Of a DNA stretch of 64,000 nucleotides, positions 37,031 through 50,009 are shown one piece after another. The first letter of the stretch is position 1, and each line of letters begins with the position of its first letter. The stretch lies in NCBI GenBank assembly GCA_038087875.1, contig CM075980.1:868001-932000 (forward strand), read 5' to 3'. The notes beneath the pieces were generated by a model. It saw only the letters and a list, made by a program, of their open reading frames with translations. It searched no databases and had not been told where the DNA came from. This DNA is from Malacoraja senta (Eukaryota). The position numbers and the translations under genes are program-made.

Positions 37031-38738
37031 TGGAAGTAGAAAATTTTAGACTAGCAATTAATAAACTAACAAAAGCATAACTTATGCAACTTTTCAGTGT
37101 TGGAATGTATAACTAACTACAATACTAAGGGATCATCCTTTGAACCTTTCAGCACACTGGAATGACACTGCAATGTTGTAATTGTACCCTGTGTTGGCAG
37201 CTGCTACTGTAACTGGTTTAGCTGAGAGGTTGGTTACTTGTATTACTCTGCTGGATCAAAGTAGAAAACATTATCATTGGTGCCTGATAACAGTGCTAAG
37301 CAACATTTTTATGTACACCACTTGAATAATCAAAATTATGTAAATATTTATCAGACTGAAGATTTTTTAAGAGCTTCTGTGTAGTTTGTGGAACAATGAA
37401 GAGTTGAAGAGAAGCTTTGTTGATTTATAGCTTAAAGACTATTCGACTCGAGACTTAATACATAACTATTAACTATTTGCTAGAAATCTTCCAGCTGGCA
37501 TAGAGATACTGATTTTTGTAATTGAGGTATTGTATGTGTTTTTTCTGCAAACCATTATCATTTCTCTATTCAATGTTGTTATATCTATTTGATAGTGAAT
37601 ATTCAGATTAACAGTTGTAGTGATTTAAAAAAATAGCTTTGATGTCCAAAGTGCTCTTTCAGGGAATCTTGGGTTTTACAACACCCATTAAAATAACTTG
37701 ATAAAGAGACACATAAAAGTCATACTTTACGCTTGGATTAGAGGACAGGAGCTGGTTATGTCCTTTGCCATTTTTACATAGCAGTTAATCCTTTCCTCTA
37801 CCACTTCGCCTCAGCATTAAGCAAATAATGTGCAGTTGCTTATATTAGCTTGGTTGCTTGAGAATCCAGCAACCACAGATGGTTTTCATTGAAAATCAAT
37901 TTTGAGTACAAAAGGCTTACTGAGCTCGACAAGTCAGTTTTAGGGCTGGTGGGAAGTCTTGGCATGTGAAACTTGAAGGAAGTTCAATCGCCTTGCGCCA
38001 AGGGGTGACTAGATCAAAGTGATGGGGTTAATTGATGAAATGGCACTCTCAAAGTAAGCCAGGTCTGAGGGGATCAAATAAATTTGCTGGAACGTTGCTG
38101 GCTGCTGCATCAGTTCCACCCAGGCATGCCACATCCAGTCGATAGGTTGTTCTTCCATTTTCAAAAGATTTGCAAAAGTAGTTTCTATATTATCCGAGGT
38201 CTGTCAGTTGCAAATTCAGTTTCCTGTCAAAGTTGATGATGTGAATGTTTGCTGAGTGAATACAAATTGTATGTCCCGCAGTGCAAGAAGATTGCGGCTA
38301 TATTGTAGGTTGCTTGTGTCTGATGGCCTGTGGGGTGCTTTCCACTCAACAGTTTGTCTGTGCTGTTTGAAGATGCATATTTGTCAAAAAGCTGGAGCTT
38401 CCATTGAGCCAGATTCTGTCCTTTTCCCCTAACCATATTTTGTTTATTTGTATGTGTAAAATATTTTTTGTTTCAATCCTCCATGAACTCTTGGCTTTTG
38501 CCACAGCTGTTTCTCCACCAAGAATTAGATTGGCAGGTGGTTCATTTTCCATTTACAGCAGGCAAATGAATAATTCTATCATACATATACTTTAAAAATA
38601 TATATATATATATGTTCTATTTGTGATTTTGTGCCCTTTGATGGCAAAATACTTCCCTCTACTGGTGATTTTTAAGAAATGCATGGATATAAATTTTAAA
38701 CTTTAACTTATCTTAACATATATTTTATTTTTCCACAG

Positions 38739-38787
38739 GCATCAGATGTAGGCTCTGAGAAACTCTTTTCACCTGCAGCAAGTAAAG
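38739..38787 (+). other. Probable internal exon (49 nt, likely 5' UTR) of the gene starting at ~9.4 kb
   Basis: Strong acceptor cttaacatatattttattttttccacAG| with branch-like CTTAAC, and donor AAG|GTATGC; unique, non-repeat sequence. Confidence 0.6.
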
Positions 38788-39641
38788 GTATGCTTATATT
38801 TCTATTCACAGCACAATTTCAAATCTTAAGATGAGCTCAAAATGTATTCAATTAATTGAAATGTCAAGTATCAACATTTTTTTGGATTGTTTTGTGTTTG
38901 TTTTTGTTTATATCGTTGCATTTACCAAAAATGTGCTTAACATCAGTAGTGGAAATAGTAAATTCTCAAAGTTGTTCAGATAAACCTGCTTGCTGATTAA
39001 TTTCTCAGAAGAAACATAAATGGGTAATCAAAATTTATAAAGACAGTTTTTCAAGATCAGAATTTCAATTGCTGATTGTGGCTCATCATATAATCTGTCT
39101 TATTTTAGCATTTAGCGTTGTTGCAGTATGTTGACCACTATTATCATCTGTTTTTGAAACCTGCTCAGCTGGCTCTAATTTTCACATGAACTCACTAGTT
39201 TGTTTCCAAATGTTGGAGTATTTACAATGGTGTTCCACTCAGAAATTTAAGAATCATTCTTATAGCGGTTTTAATATTTTTATACATTGCAAGAAAAAAA
39301 GCCTCAGTGTTTGAAATGCTCAGACCTTGGAATAAGTTTAATCTGAAAATGTATGCAGCCACTGATATCAGAAGCTTCCCATTGTATTGTCGGATAAACA
39401 CGTACCGTTTGAATCCAACAGAAATACTGTCAGCGATATGTTATATATACAGGAATTGCGTTCATCATTACATTATTAATGTGCTGCCAGGAATTGAAAC
39501 AAAGCTTTTAATTAAATTGGTACTGATCTGCAATTAAGAATCTAGAGTACTTTTATGTAGCAATGTTTTAATAGTGGTAATAAATGTACCTTTTACCATC
39601 CTTGCCTTAATATCTGTGGGCCCTCAAAATTCCTTCCCTAA

Positions 39642-39843
39642 AGGGCCTGTCCCACTTACGCAAATTTTTTTCGCCGACTACCGACACCCGTCATAGTCGC
39701 AGCAGGTCGCCTAAATTTTTTAACATGTTGAAAATCCAGTGGCGACCAGAAAAAGGTACGACTCTTTAGGCGAATACTCACGACCATACCTGTGAGTCAC
39801 CCCGCGACATGTCACGTAAAATCGCGTAAGTGGGACAGGCCCT
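39642..39843. mobile_element. PIF/Harbinger MITE
   Basis: 20-bp TIRs agggcctgtcccacttacgc / gcgtaagtgggacaggccct; 3-bp TSD TAA on both sides (39639-41, 39844-46). Confidence 0.9.
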
Positions 39844-41777
39844 TAAACCTATCCTTTTAAAACTATTTCAGTCCTACCTTTTTGACCAAATATGTGGTGA
39901 CCTTCCAAGTATATCAGTGTGTGGTTTGGTGTCAGTTTTGGTTAGATTCTATTTTAGTCCACCTAGAATACTCAATGGCATCAAGCACTATTATTGCTTT
40001 AAAAAAAATTTAACTTGAGTTGTAATTTCTGATTTATTTTCTTGGTCTGCCTTTCTGTTCTTTTCCCTTATAATGTTCCCATGTGCAAAATACACACTTA
40101 TATTTTCAAACAATATTGATCAAGTTTTAATGAAGGTGAACTTTGTGGGTTGTCTCTTTTGAGTAAAATTGCTTGGCTGCAACCATTGCTTTACAAAATA
40201 AAGGGGTTACAAAATGCCTGTGGGGTCTTTGGTTTATTTTTCGTCCCCTAGACGTTTAGTTCTAATGTAGCAAATTTCAACAGTTGCACATACAAATAGT
40301 CAATGTAGAACATAACTGATTTACTCAATCTTTAGTATATGTTACACAGACCAAATGCCCTGCAGGAGCATGAAACACATTAATAAGAAATGATTCTATG
40401 GAAAGCCCATTTATTTGAAGTGGGGCCATTTCTGAAGTGATGAGTGAGGCAGTTTACTTTACAGCTGGGAACAATTAAGGTGTAAGTTTCTGCAAAGTGC
40501 TTCCATTTCACAAATATCTTTTGTCGGCAGCATTGTTCTGATATCTTGCATCCAATGGCTTTTTCATTTCCCATCTCCATTTCCCATTTCCTTTTATTTT
40601 CCGTCAACCTCTGCACTTGCCTGCCTAAACATTATTCTTCTTGAAATCCTTTTGGCGATCCTTTTAAGGACAGGAGACAGAAAGAAATCTGTTTGTGCAG
40701 ATATGTTAAGAAGAATAGTGTAAGACAAGGAACAAACGGAGCAAAGACCTATTGGTCCAGGAGGCCTGTTTTTATGCTACGGCTTTTAATTTGTACACCG
40801 TTTTAGTGCTTTTTGCTCAATTTCAAAGAAATATATGAACGTGATAGTGGTTAACAAATATGGCAAAAACGTTGTTTTAATTTGACTCTCTTTGCTTGGG
40901 AACATATTTTACATAGTATGTCGTGGCTCGTATAGTAAGTAACTGAATGATGGATGGATCCATAATTCAGTGCATGAATATTCTGGCCATATCATTAGAA
41001 TGCTGCTTTATCCACGATTACACTCTGGAGTAAGCCCATAGTTAAACCTCCTAGAAATGTGTATTTGGAGTAGAAATAACCAGTAACATTTGTATTTATA
41101 CTTTGTGTGTTGTGGGCTCTGAGCAACATTTCAAAAACACTTGCAATAAATTTGCCTTGGAAATGAGGAATTTCCATTGTGCAGACATATTTGGCAAACA
41201 ATTTGCATGCAACAAGATCACAGAAGTTGACCTGATTACAAAACACAGCATATTTGTAATTTTGAATAGGAACACGGACAGCTACCTGTCTTGGAATCTA
41301 TTTCTGTTTTGTTTTTTAATTGATAATTGCATCATTCCTTCCAGAATTTAAGCTAAGTTTTTGAACTTTCTAAAGTAGCCCAAGTATGATTTCTAAAGCG
41401 TCACACACGCTATGCCTATTTTTAAGGAATTAATTAAATGCGATTCTGTCTCTCGGCTAGGTATACGTTTGTACCCAAAATTAATTTTTCATAATCTTTC
41501 AGAAGAATGCTGTCGTCCTTGTTATGAGTTCAAATAAGCTTCTTTTGAACGATGAGTTTGAGATCTGCTTTGTTGACTAAGCAAGTGAATGTAAGTTTTT
41601 GTAGCTTTATCTTGTGCTTGCACGTCAATAAATCTTAGTTATTAATTCTCTCCCTCTTTTATAATGTGTATAATTTTTACAATAAATTGGAGAATGATCC
41701 AAGAGCAACTGTACTTCAAGAAGTTATTGCATTTTGAGCAAAAGGCTCAGTTTTTCATTTATTCCTTCCTGTTAAGA

Positions 41778-42719
41778 CCTGAGCTGGTTCATCTCCTACC
41801 CCAAAGGTAGGAGTTTCTCGATTAACATAGGCAACTCTTTCTCCTCCCCAGCTAATCTCTGCTGTGGGGTTCCACAAGGTTCCATCCTTGGCCCCATTCT
41901 CTTCTCCCTGTATATGCTCCCCTTAGGCCAAGTCATTGAAAGGCACGGCATTTCCTTCCATTGCTACGCAGACGATACACAACTCTATCTCCCCCTGAAG
42001 CCCAAAAAACAATCAAATCTGCTTAACCTTACCCGCTGCCTCGAGGATATAAAGTGTTGGATGGCCCAGAACTTCCTCCAACTAAACGAGAGTAAGTCTG
42101 AGGTCATCCTACTCGGCCCCTCGGACTCAATCAAATTGATAGCAGGCAGCCTTGGAAGCCTTACCCCACTACTCAAACCTCACGTCAAAAATCTTGGCGT
42201 GATATTTGACTCGGCACTGAAATTTGACAAACAAGTCAATGCTGTGGTAAAAGCTAGCTTCTTTCAGCTTCGGACGATAGCTAAAATAAAACAATTCCTC
42301 CAGTTTGATGACCTCGAAAAGATCATCCACACATTTATCTCCTCCTGCCTAGATTACTGCAACTCCCTTTACACTGGCATCAGCCAATCTTCCCTGTCCC
42401 GCCTGCAACTGGTCCAAAACGCCGCAGCGAGACTCCTGACGGGCACCCGAAAAAGGGACCACATCACCCCGATCCTGGCCTCTCTCCACTGGCTCTCTGT
42501 GCGGTTCTGTATACATTTCAAGATCCTCCTCTATGTCTACAAAGCCCTTAATGGGCTTGCCCCCATTTACATTAAAAGTCTTCTTACCCACCACTCCACC
42601 TCCAGGTCCCTCAGATCGTCCGACTTGGGGGTTCCTGAATATCCCGCGGTCTAGGCATAAGCTCAGGGGCGACCGCTCCTTTGCGGTTGCAGCTCCTAGA
42701 CTGTGGAACAGCATCCCCC
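41778..42719 (+). mobile_element. Second copy of the young L2 LINE, truncated at both ends
   Basis: ORF 41914-42654 (YADDTQLY..HITPILASLHWL) differs from the 21 kb copy at 6 of 139 aligned residues. Confidence 0.95.
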
Positions 42720-43417
42720 AAGAAATATTCATGCACCTTCTTGGGAGCTAAGGGTTTTGTAGTTGCTGTCAAAGAAACCAGCAATTTGCATTAGTTTATC
42801 TTTTAATTGGTTGATGCTGCAACAAGAGTTGAAGAGAGTAAAACTTTAGTGCAGCGAATGAGGTGCCAGTCAAATACATTGCTTTGTCCTGATAATGTCG
42901 AGCTGTTTGAGCATTGTTGGGTGTCATTATCCAGACAAGTAGAGATTACACTTGGTCATCAGGTTTTAAGCTCTGTTCAATTATAGAGGTGTACAGGTCA
43001 GAATCAGGCTCTTCAGTCCACCACTTCATTATGACTCTTTTTGCTCATCTACACCTTCTGTTTGATTATTTTTTCAATGAAAATCAATGGTAAAGTATAC
43101 TATTAGTTTAATTATTTTTGAAGGGTCAGTGAGCTCTGGTTGGTTTTACTCTTCCTGTGCTGTTAACCGAATGTCCTGGTTTATCATGTTGCAGGCAGTA
43201 ATGTAGACCAACCAAGGATGTTTTCTTTTGGTCCCATACGTAGCTCTATTTTCTTCCTTTGGGACACGTGACTCGCGTAGCTTGAAAGGAGAACATTTTC
43301 GCTTCGACACAATTACAGTAGTTTAGTGTAAAGATCGGCAGTAAGTCAGTTAAACGGGTAACTCTTAATGAAAGCAGTTTACCTCATAGCAGGTAATAGC
43401 AGTTTACCTCATAGCAG

Positions 43418-43544
43418 GTCTAAAGAAGGGTCTCGGCCCCAAACGTCGCCTATTCCTTCGCGCCACAGATGCTGCCTCACCCGCTGAGTTTCTTCAGCAT
43501 TTTTATCTACCGATTTTTCCAGCATCTGCAGTTCTTTCTTAAAC
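43418..43544 (+). mobile_element. PLE terminal repeat
   Basis: gtctaaagaagggtctcggccccaaacgtcgcctatt..gcatctgcagttctttcttaaac; target acctcatagcag at 43381, 43406 and 43545. Confidence 0.85.
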
Positions 43545-45301
43545 ACCTCATAGCAGCAGATACGTGTATTGTTCTTCGATTAGCTTCTTCAATCTTTTTC
43601 AGATTGTCTACAGTCTAATTGCAGATAAGGTATTGAACATAATATCCTCCTTAAAACTCCTAAAATTAGACTTAACACATGCGGAAGCAAACTATATTGA
43701 TTCAACAAATACATTTTTTTTCAAAATGCTAACATGAATTGGAGCTGTTAAAATGGTTAAAACCTAACGAGCCTGCAAATAGTTTTTGTGTACAATGCTT
43801 CAAGGTCGAGATACACAAGTATTTAGTGTGTTTTCTGAACATATATTAAAATGAATGTTTACTGTACCAACTGGAGTAGATTCGTGAAGCTCAACAGATC
43901 ATAATGCTTCAACGCAAATGGCATATGAAGTTATTCTTAATTGTTTCCATGGACCTACCAGCCCCAGCTTGTTTTGCTCATACCTTGGAAGATTCTGCAC
44001 TATAAACCTCTGCGTATCCTCCATTTTGATGGGACTTTTAAGCATCTTAAAAAATTATTTAAAAATACAAACAGTTTTGGCTTACTAAGATTTAATTCAA
44101 AAGTCAAGGTAGCTTCAGTAGATTAGATAACCTGTTAATCAAGACGGGAATAAACTATATACTCCAAAACAATGCAATTTAGAAGTAATCGTGACAAAAT
44201 TTAATACCTGGCGGAATCAATGTCTCATTTCTGTTGACTTGGTTGTAATATTCCAAAGAAATTGAAAATATCTCAGCAAGGTGAAGCATTAGCTTTAGAT
44301 CCATAGGCGGTTAGATTGGGAGATTCGTGAGTGTGGGATGTGGGTGGAGAAAGGTGGTTGCTGAAGACTTAGATGGCAGTGGTCCTTGTGGGTCTCATTT
44401 GTAGATGTGTTAGATTGAATTAGCTGAGCTAAGCGCCATTATTAGATCCCATTTGTATTGTACTGAAGAACCACTTCTTGTTCTTGTATATCTGGAATAA
44501 TTGCTTTAAAATATTCCCAAGCCTGTCTCGGAAGAATGTCAAAAGAAATTAAGTGTTCCAGAGGGAAATGAGTTGATAGATTTGTAAGTGAGCATTCATT
44601 TTCTTCCACCAACCTCCTGACAATGCATGTACTCTGTCGATGGACTCATTTAGGTGTCTTTTGCGTAGTTGCCTTGGGACCCGAGCTTGTTAAAGCTGAC
44701 AACCGGAAAATCAAATGAAACAGGATAAATTATCTGAAAATGTAACAGAAGCGTAAAGACTAAGAAAGTATGAGTATGAGTCAGGTAATCAACAGTGAAA
44801 AGTTAAATCTGTTGATGGGTAATACAGCATTAGATCAGCGGAGGGAATATTCATGAAAAGATTTATGGTGTAGAGCTAGTTCATGCTCTTAAAGAGCAAG
44901 TGCTCCTCTTCCCAGATCATCTCCCTGATGATAAGATCAAACCAGAAGGGAAAAAGCATACCAAGATTAACAAAAGGCAAAAAACAGAATATAATTTAAA
45001 ATACATTTACAATATGTATCAGCATAAGAACAATTACATTTTATTTTAATTAAAAAAATATGAGCCAAATATAATGGGCCAAATATGAGAATCGGTGCAG
45101 GAGGAAGGAGGCCATGCAGACATTGAACTGCTCTGTCATTCATTGAAATGGCTAATCTTCGCATCGGTGTTATTCTTCAGCACTGCCTTCACACCCTATG
45201 ATTTTTTATACACTCTGATGTATAGTGATCTCTATTAAGAAGGGACGTAACTATTGAGCTTTCACAGCCCTCCAATATAGAGAATTCCAAAGATTAGAGT
45301 A

Positions 45302-45650
45302 GTGAAAGGCTTGGATAGAGCGGATGTGGAGAGGATGTTTCTACTAGAGGGAGAGTCTAGGACTAGAGGTCACAGCCTCAGAATTAAAGGACGTTCCTTT
45401 AGGAAGATGAGAAGGAATTTCTTTAGTCAGAGGGAGGTGAATGTGTGGAATTCTTTGCCACAGAAGGCTGTGGAGGCTAAGTCAATGGGTATTTTTTAAG
45501 CAGAGATAGATACATTCTTAATTAGTACGGGTGTTGGGGGTTACGGGGAGAAGGCAGGAGAATGGAGTTAGGAGGGAGAGATAGACCAGGCATGATTGAA
45601 TGGCGGAGTAGACTTGATGGGCCGAATGGACTAATTCTGCTCCTATATTT
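45302..45650 (+). mobile_element. CR1 3' end
   Basis: KGLDRADVERMF..GESRTRGHSLRIKG..FFSQR.VN.WNSLPQ plus 3' tail gatgggccgaatgg. Confidence 0.9.
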
Positions 45651-46057
45651 GACCGTATGTCCTTAAACAAACAAACCTACCCGTTGTTCTCCATCTGTGC
45701 TCTCTGGTCTGAGATTCATTCAAAGGGCTTAGCATGTTAAGCCCTGCATGAAGCTGCCGGCTTCGCAACCTATGATGTAATAATGACCTTTTTAGAAGAG
45801 TTGGCATATTGGCAAAGCAACTTCACTGTTTGGAATAATATCGTGGAATCTTTCGTGCTCGCCTGAGAGGGATGGTTGTACTGCGATTTAATATTTGAAA
45901 AAAATCACCTCTAGCAATCCAGCACGGAGTTATCAACTCTGCTGGAGTCTCTGGAGTACAGCAAGAAAGCAAAATTTTCTCTCCCAGCATGTGTACAACC
46001 AAATGAGGAATTTGAAAGATTTTTTTGATGAGTCGAGGCCAGCAAGGATTTATGAAG

Positions 46058-46270
46058 AAACAAGGAACAGCAGATGCTGGTTTACAAAATAAGACACAAA
46101 GTGCAGTTGTAGCTCAGCGGGTAAGGCAGTATCCCTGGAGAACATGGATAGATAGAGGTTTCATGTAGAGAAATAGTCTGAAGAAGGGTCCTGACTCAAT
46201 GTCACCTATCCATATTCTGCAGGGATGCCGCCTGATCCGCTGAGTTGCTTGAGCACTTTGTGTCTGTCTT
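46058..46270. mobile_element. PLE terminal-repeat fold-back
   Basis: Inverted arms around agtCTGAAGAagggtc (46178); 12-bp TSD ggatttatgaag at 46046-46057 and 46271-46282. Confidence 0.85.
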
Positions 46271-47209
46271 GGATTTATGAAGGATTGGTTGTCTCTGGTG
46301 AACAAGTTTTATTTTTTGGGGGAGGTCACCAAAATATTGGGCAGGAATGTTCTTAGTCTATCACTTTTATTTCAATGGTTCAGCTGGAATTGATACACTC
46401 GAGATTAGAATTGAAGGTACATTAATTGATCTGGCTATGAGACCTGCTGAGCAACAGGAAACCAGAGAGGCAAGATAATGGGTAGTGTTCAGTCGTCAGG
46501 ATATGACTGGTGGTAAATGTTCCTTATAGTACAACCACATTCTTCCGGTGACCGTAATATGTAGTACTATATTAATATATCTAATCCGAGACAATACTAA
46601 AATAAGAAGAAATTTTATATACTTTGGAATTCTGCATTGGCTATCATTAAGTAAAATCAAGGCTGACTTCTAGATTTTTTGGGTTGCAGAAGGTATTGGA
46701 ATCAGACAGGAGAATTGAGTTGAAGGCGAGAGTAAAATACCATCCAGGAGAGGTGTTAATAGATTCTCAAGACACAGATAAATTCACCCACTGTTTCATA
46801 TACCTCTGCCTTAAAGTTTCCTCAAATGGATGGTGAGGCCGAGTCATTGAAAAGAGTTACTCCGGCTTTTTGTGTCTCTTCATTGAAAAGAGAGCTCCAA
46901 AGGCTCTATTCTCTGGCCAAAATCCTTTCATTTTAAGTGACCTCAAGGGTGCCAATAATGAAAGGAGAAAAAGTGGCGAGAGAAACACTTCTATCTGAAT
47001 CAATTCTTGAAGGAAAGGATGTCTGGTTTCTGCTCGGAGATTGACAGTTCAACGTTTCGAAGTTCATGTCTTACTATTCTGCCATCATTCATTGATGTTC
47101 TTAAGGGGCGCGGTATCGCACTATTGCACTGCTGAAATCCCACGTTGGTACCACTTACTGCAAATCACAGATTTACGGGGGAAAAAATAGATCCTTGAAT
47201 TGGAAAAAT

Positions 47210-49300
47210 GTATGAATCAGGAGCAAGAGTTGGTCAGTCAGCCCCTTGAGCCTATTCTTCCATTTAGTTAGATTATAGCTGATTAAACTTAACTCAACAA
47301 ACTAGTCTACATATCCAATAACTTTCACTCTTGTGTATCAAAAATCGTATCTTTCTGTGCTTTAAAGCAACTCTAAGTCTGCTTCCACCACTGTTGTGGA
47401 AGAGACTCGGTCTTCTTTCTGAAATGGGTCACCCATCATTTCAACGGTGACCCAGAGTTCTAGTCTATCCCACCTCTACATACACTCTCTGGAGACGCCT
47501 CAGGATCTTGCCAGTTTCATTGTCTCTTCTAACTGTTAAATTCCAGCAGATACAAATCAATCCCCTCCAACCCTCCTTGTAAGGCAAACCATCTATTCCA
47601 GGTAGCTCCCCCTAGTCGCAACAGAGACAGAGTCCCCCTAGTCCTTACCTTCCACCCCATCAGCCGTCGCATACGACACATAATCCTCAGAAATTTTCGC
47701 CACCTCCAACGGGATCCCACCACTAGCCACATTTTCCCATCTCTACCCCTTTCCGCCTTCCACTGAAACCGTTCCCTCTGCAACTCCCTGGTTAACTCAT
47801 CCCTTCCCACCCAAACCACCCGCTTCCCAGATACCTTCCCCTGCAACTGCAGAAGATGCAATACCTGTCGCTATACTTCCTCCCTCGACTCTGTCCAGGG
47901 ACCCCGACAGTACTTTCAGATTAGGCAGAGGTTCACTTACACCTCCTCCAACCTCATCTACTGTATCCGTTATTCAAGATGTGGACTCCTATACATCGGC
48001 GAGACCAAACGCAGACTGGCCAATCGTCTCACGGACACCTTCGCTCAGCCCACGTGAACCACTTTGATCTCTCGTTTGCTGGACACTTTAATTCTCCTTC
48101 CCATTCCTACACAGACCTTTCTGTCTTCGGTCTCCTCTTTTGTCAGAGTTAGGCTAAACGCAAATTGGAGGAACAGCATCTCATATTTCGCTTGGGTAGT
48201 GGTATGAATATTGATTTCTCTCACCAGGTAGCCCCAGCATTCCCTCTCTATCCCTTCCCCCACCCAAGTCGCACTAGCTTCTCATTTTCACCCTACAAAC
48301 AGATTACAATGCCCTTTTCCCTTAAATCATCCTTTTTTTTTGCATATCTTTGATTCATTGTTCTTTATCTCTCCACATCTTTGTCTATATCTCTCGTTTT
48401 CCTTATCCCTAACCAGTCCCGGCCCGAAACGCCACCCATTCCTTCTCTCCAGAGATGCTGAGTTACTCCAGCTTTTTATATCGTTATCTTTGGTTTAAAC
48501 CAGCATCTGCAGTTCCTTCTTACACATATTCCAGGTACAAATCTATTAAAATCTATCTGTTGCTTCCAATGAATTTCCATCCATCCTTTGGGAAGGAAAC
48601 CAATACTGTACATAATTCCAAATGTTCCCTCACTTTCCCAATAACCTTTTGTACCTGCACACCATCCTTTGGCAAATTGTACACTTGAACACCCAAACCA
48701 CAATCTCTCCTTATTTAGATTTCATGCTTTTGTATTTTTCCTGCCAAGATGAACAGTTCTACATTTTCCTGTATTATATTGCATTTGCCTGTTCTTTAAT
48801 CACTCTCTTAACGCAGCTATATCCCTTTGGTAGCCTACATCTGTCCTCTTTGAAATTTATCTTCGGTGCCTCCATCCAAATTATTGACATAAAACTTACA
48901 AAGCTGAGGCTCCAACATCAACCATTGCTCAGCCCACTTGCCCAGCAAGAACCTGCTGTAATTTTTGATAATCATCTTTGCCATTTACAATACCCACTTT
49001 GGCTCATCCGCAACTTCAAAGAACTCCAATATATTGCTCAAACATGATCTTCCTTTCTCAAAATGTATTGACCCTGGTTATCTTTCTAGGTGCCTTGCCA
49101 TGATATTTTTCGTATGAAACATATTAAGCTGACTGTCCTGTAGTTTCCTGCGTTCTATCACCTTACATATTTGAATATAGACATTGATTTCACAATTTTC
49201 CAATATAATGATCCTTCCCTGATGCTAGAGAATTTTGGAAATTTAAACCCAATGCATACCTGTCTTATTAGCGACCTTTACGATTTTAGGATGAAGCATT
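47210..49300 (-). mobile_element. Old CR1 remnant hosting the PLE at 47605
   Basis: The CR1 3' tail complement at ~47215-47285 and degenerate RT-region complement continue on both sides of the PLE. Confidence 0.55.
47605..48526 (+). mobile_element. 5'-truncated Penelope-like element: Cys-rich linker, GIY-YIG endonuclease, 3' UTR and terminal repeat
   Basis: RVPLVLTFHP..FPCNCRRCNTC..TSSNLIYCIR.SRCGLLYIGETKRRL..LEEQHLIFRLG; 11-bp TSD tattccaggta at 47594-47604 and 48527-48537; CTGAAGAAGGG is deleted from the terminal repeat. Confidence 0.92.
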
Positions 49301-49856
49301 ACTGACTTGTACCTGAATTTTATTTGGCCATTTGAGAATTAAATAAAAGTGGATAATAAAACAAATGATGCAACTTGGGCTACATTATTCATTCGTGTTC
49401 TGGAGTCATTGCACACATCGTGCACATGGTACTGAGCTTATAAAGCATATGTCTGGACATTTTAATTTTCCCTTTGTCTCGCAGTAATTCTGAATGCATT
49501 TAAAAGCAAATGAAATAAATGGCTTGGAAGTGAACACACAAATGTATTGTGAAACCAAAGGCATCATTGAAGCCAGGGAGCAACAACATTTTATTAAATT
49601 TCACTGTGTGCTGCACTCTTTAAAATTCACATTTTAGTGTTTGAATTACATCTGTTGAGAGTTGTGTACCACCTATTTCAATTATTCATGAAGTCATACA
49701 ACACAGAATCGAGCACTTCATTCTACAGTATCCATACCGATCATCAAGTACCTATCAATACTAATTCCATTTACTGGCACTTAGTCCATGTAACTTGGGA
49801 ATTCAAGTGATCATCTAGGTACATAAATATTGTCTGAGTACATGCCTATGGTGGAC

Positions 49857-49960
49857 GGCATAGTGGCGCAGCTGGTAGTGCTGCTGTCTCAGTGCCAGAG
49901 ACCCAGGTTCGATCCTGACCTTGGGTACTGTTGGTGTGGAGTTTGCAGGTCATCCTGTGT
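49857..49960 (+). mobile_element. HE1-like SINE 5' head with intact Pol III A/B boxes
   Basis: A box TGGCGCAGCTGG at 49864-49875, B box GGTTCGATCC at 49906-49915, start of V-domain ggagtttgca. Confidence 0.8.
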
Positions 49961-50009
49961 GATTGTCTGAGCACATTGGTGTTCCTTGTGGATTTTGAGC
50001 AGAATTTTT

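Noticed and set aside
49857-49930. tRNA gene
   Set aside because: A/B boxes are present but there is no acceptor stem, and the sequence continues into the V-SINE core.
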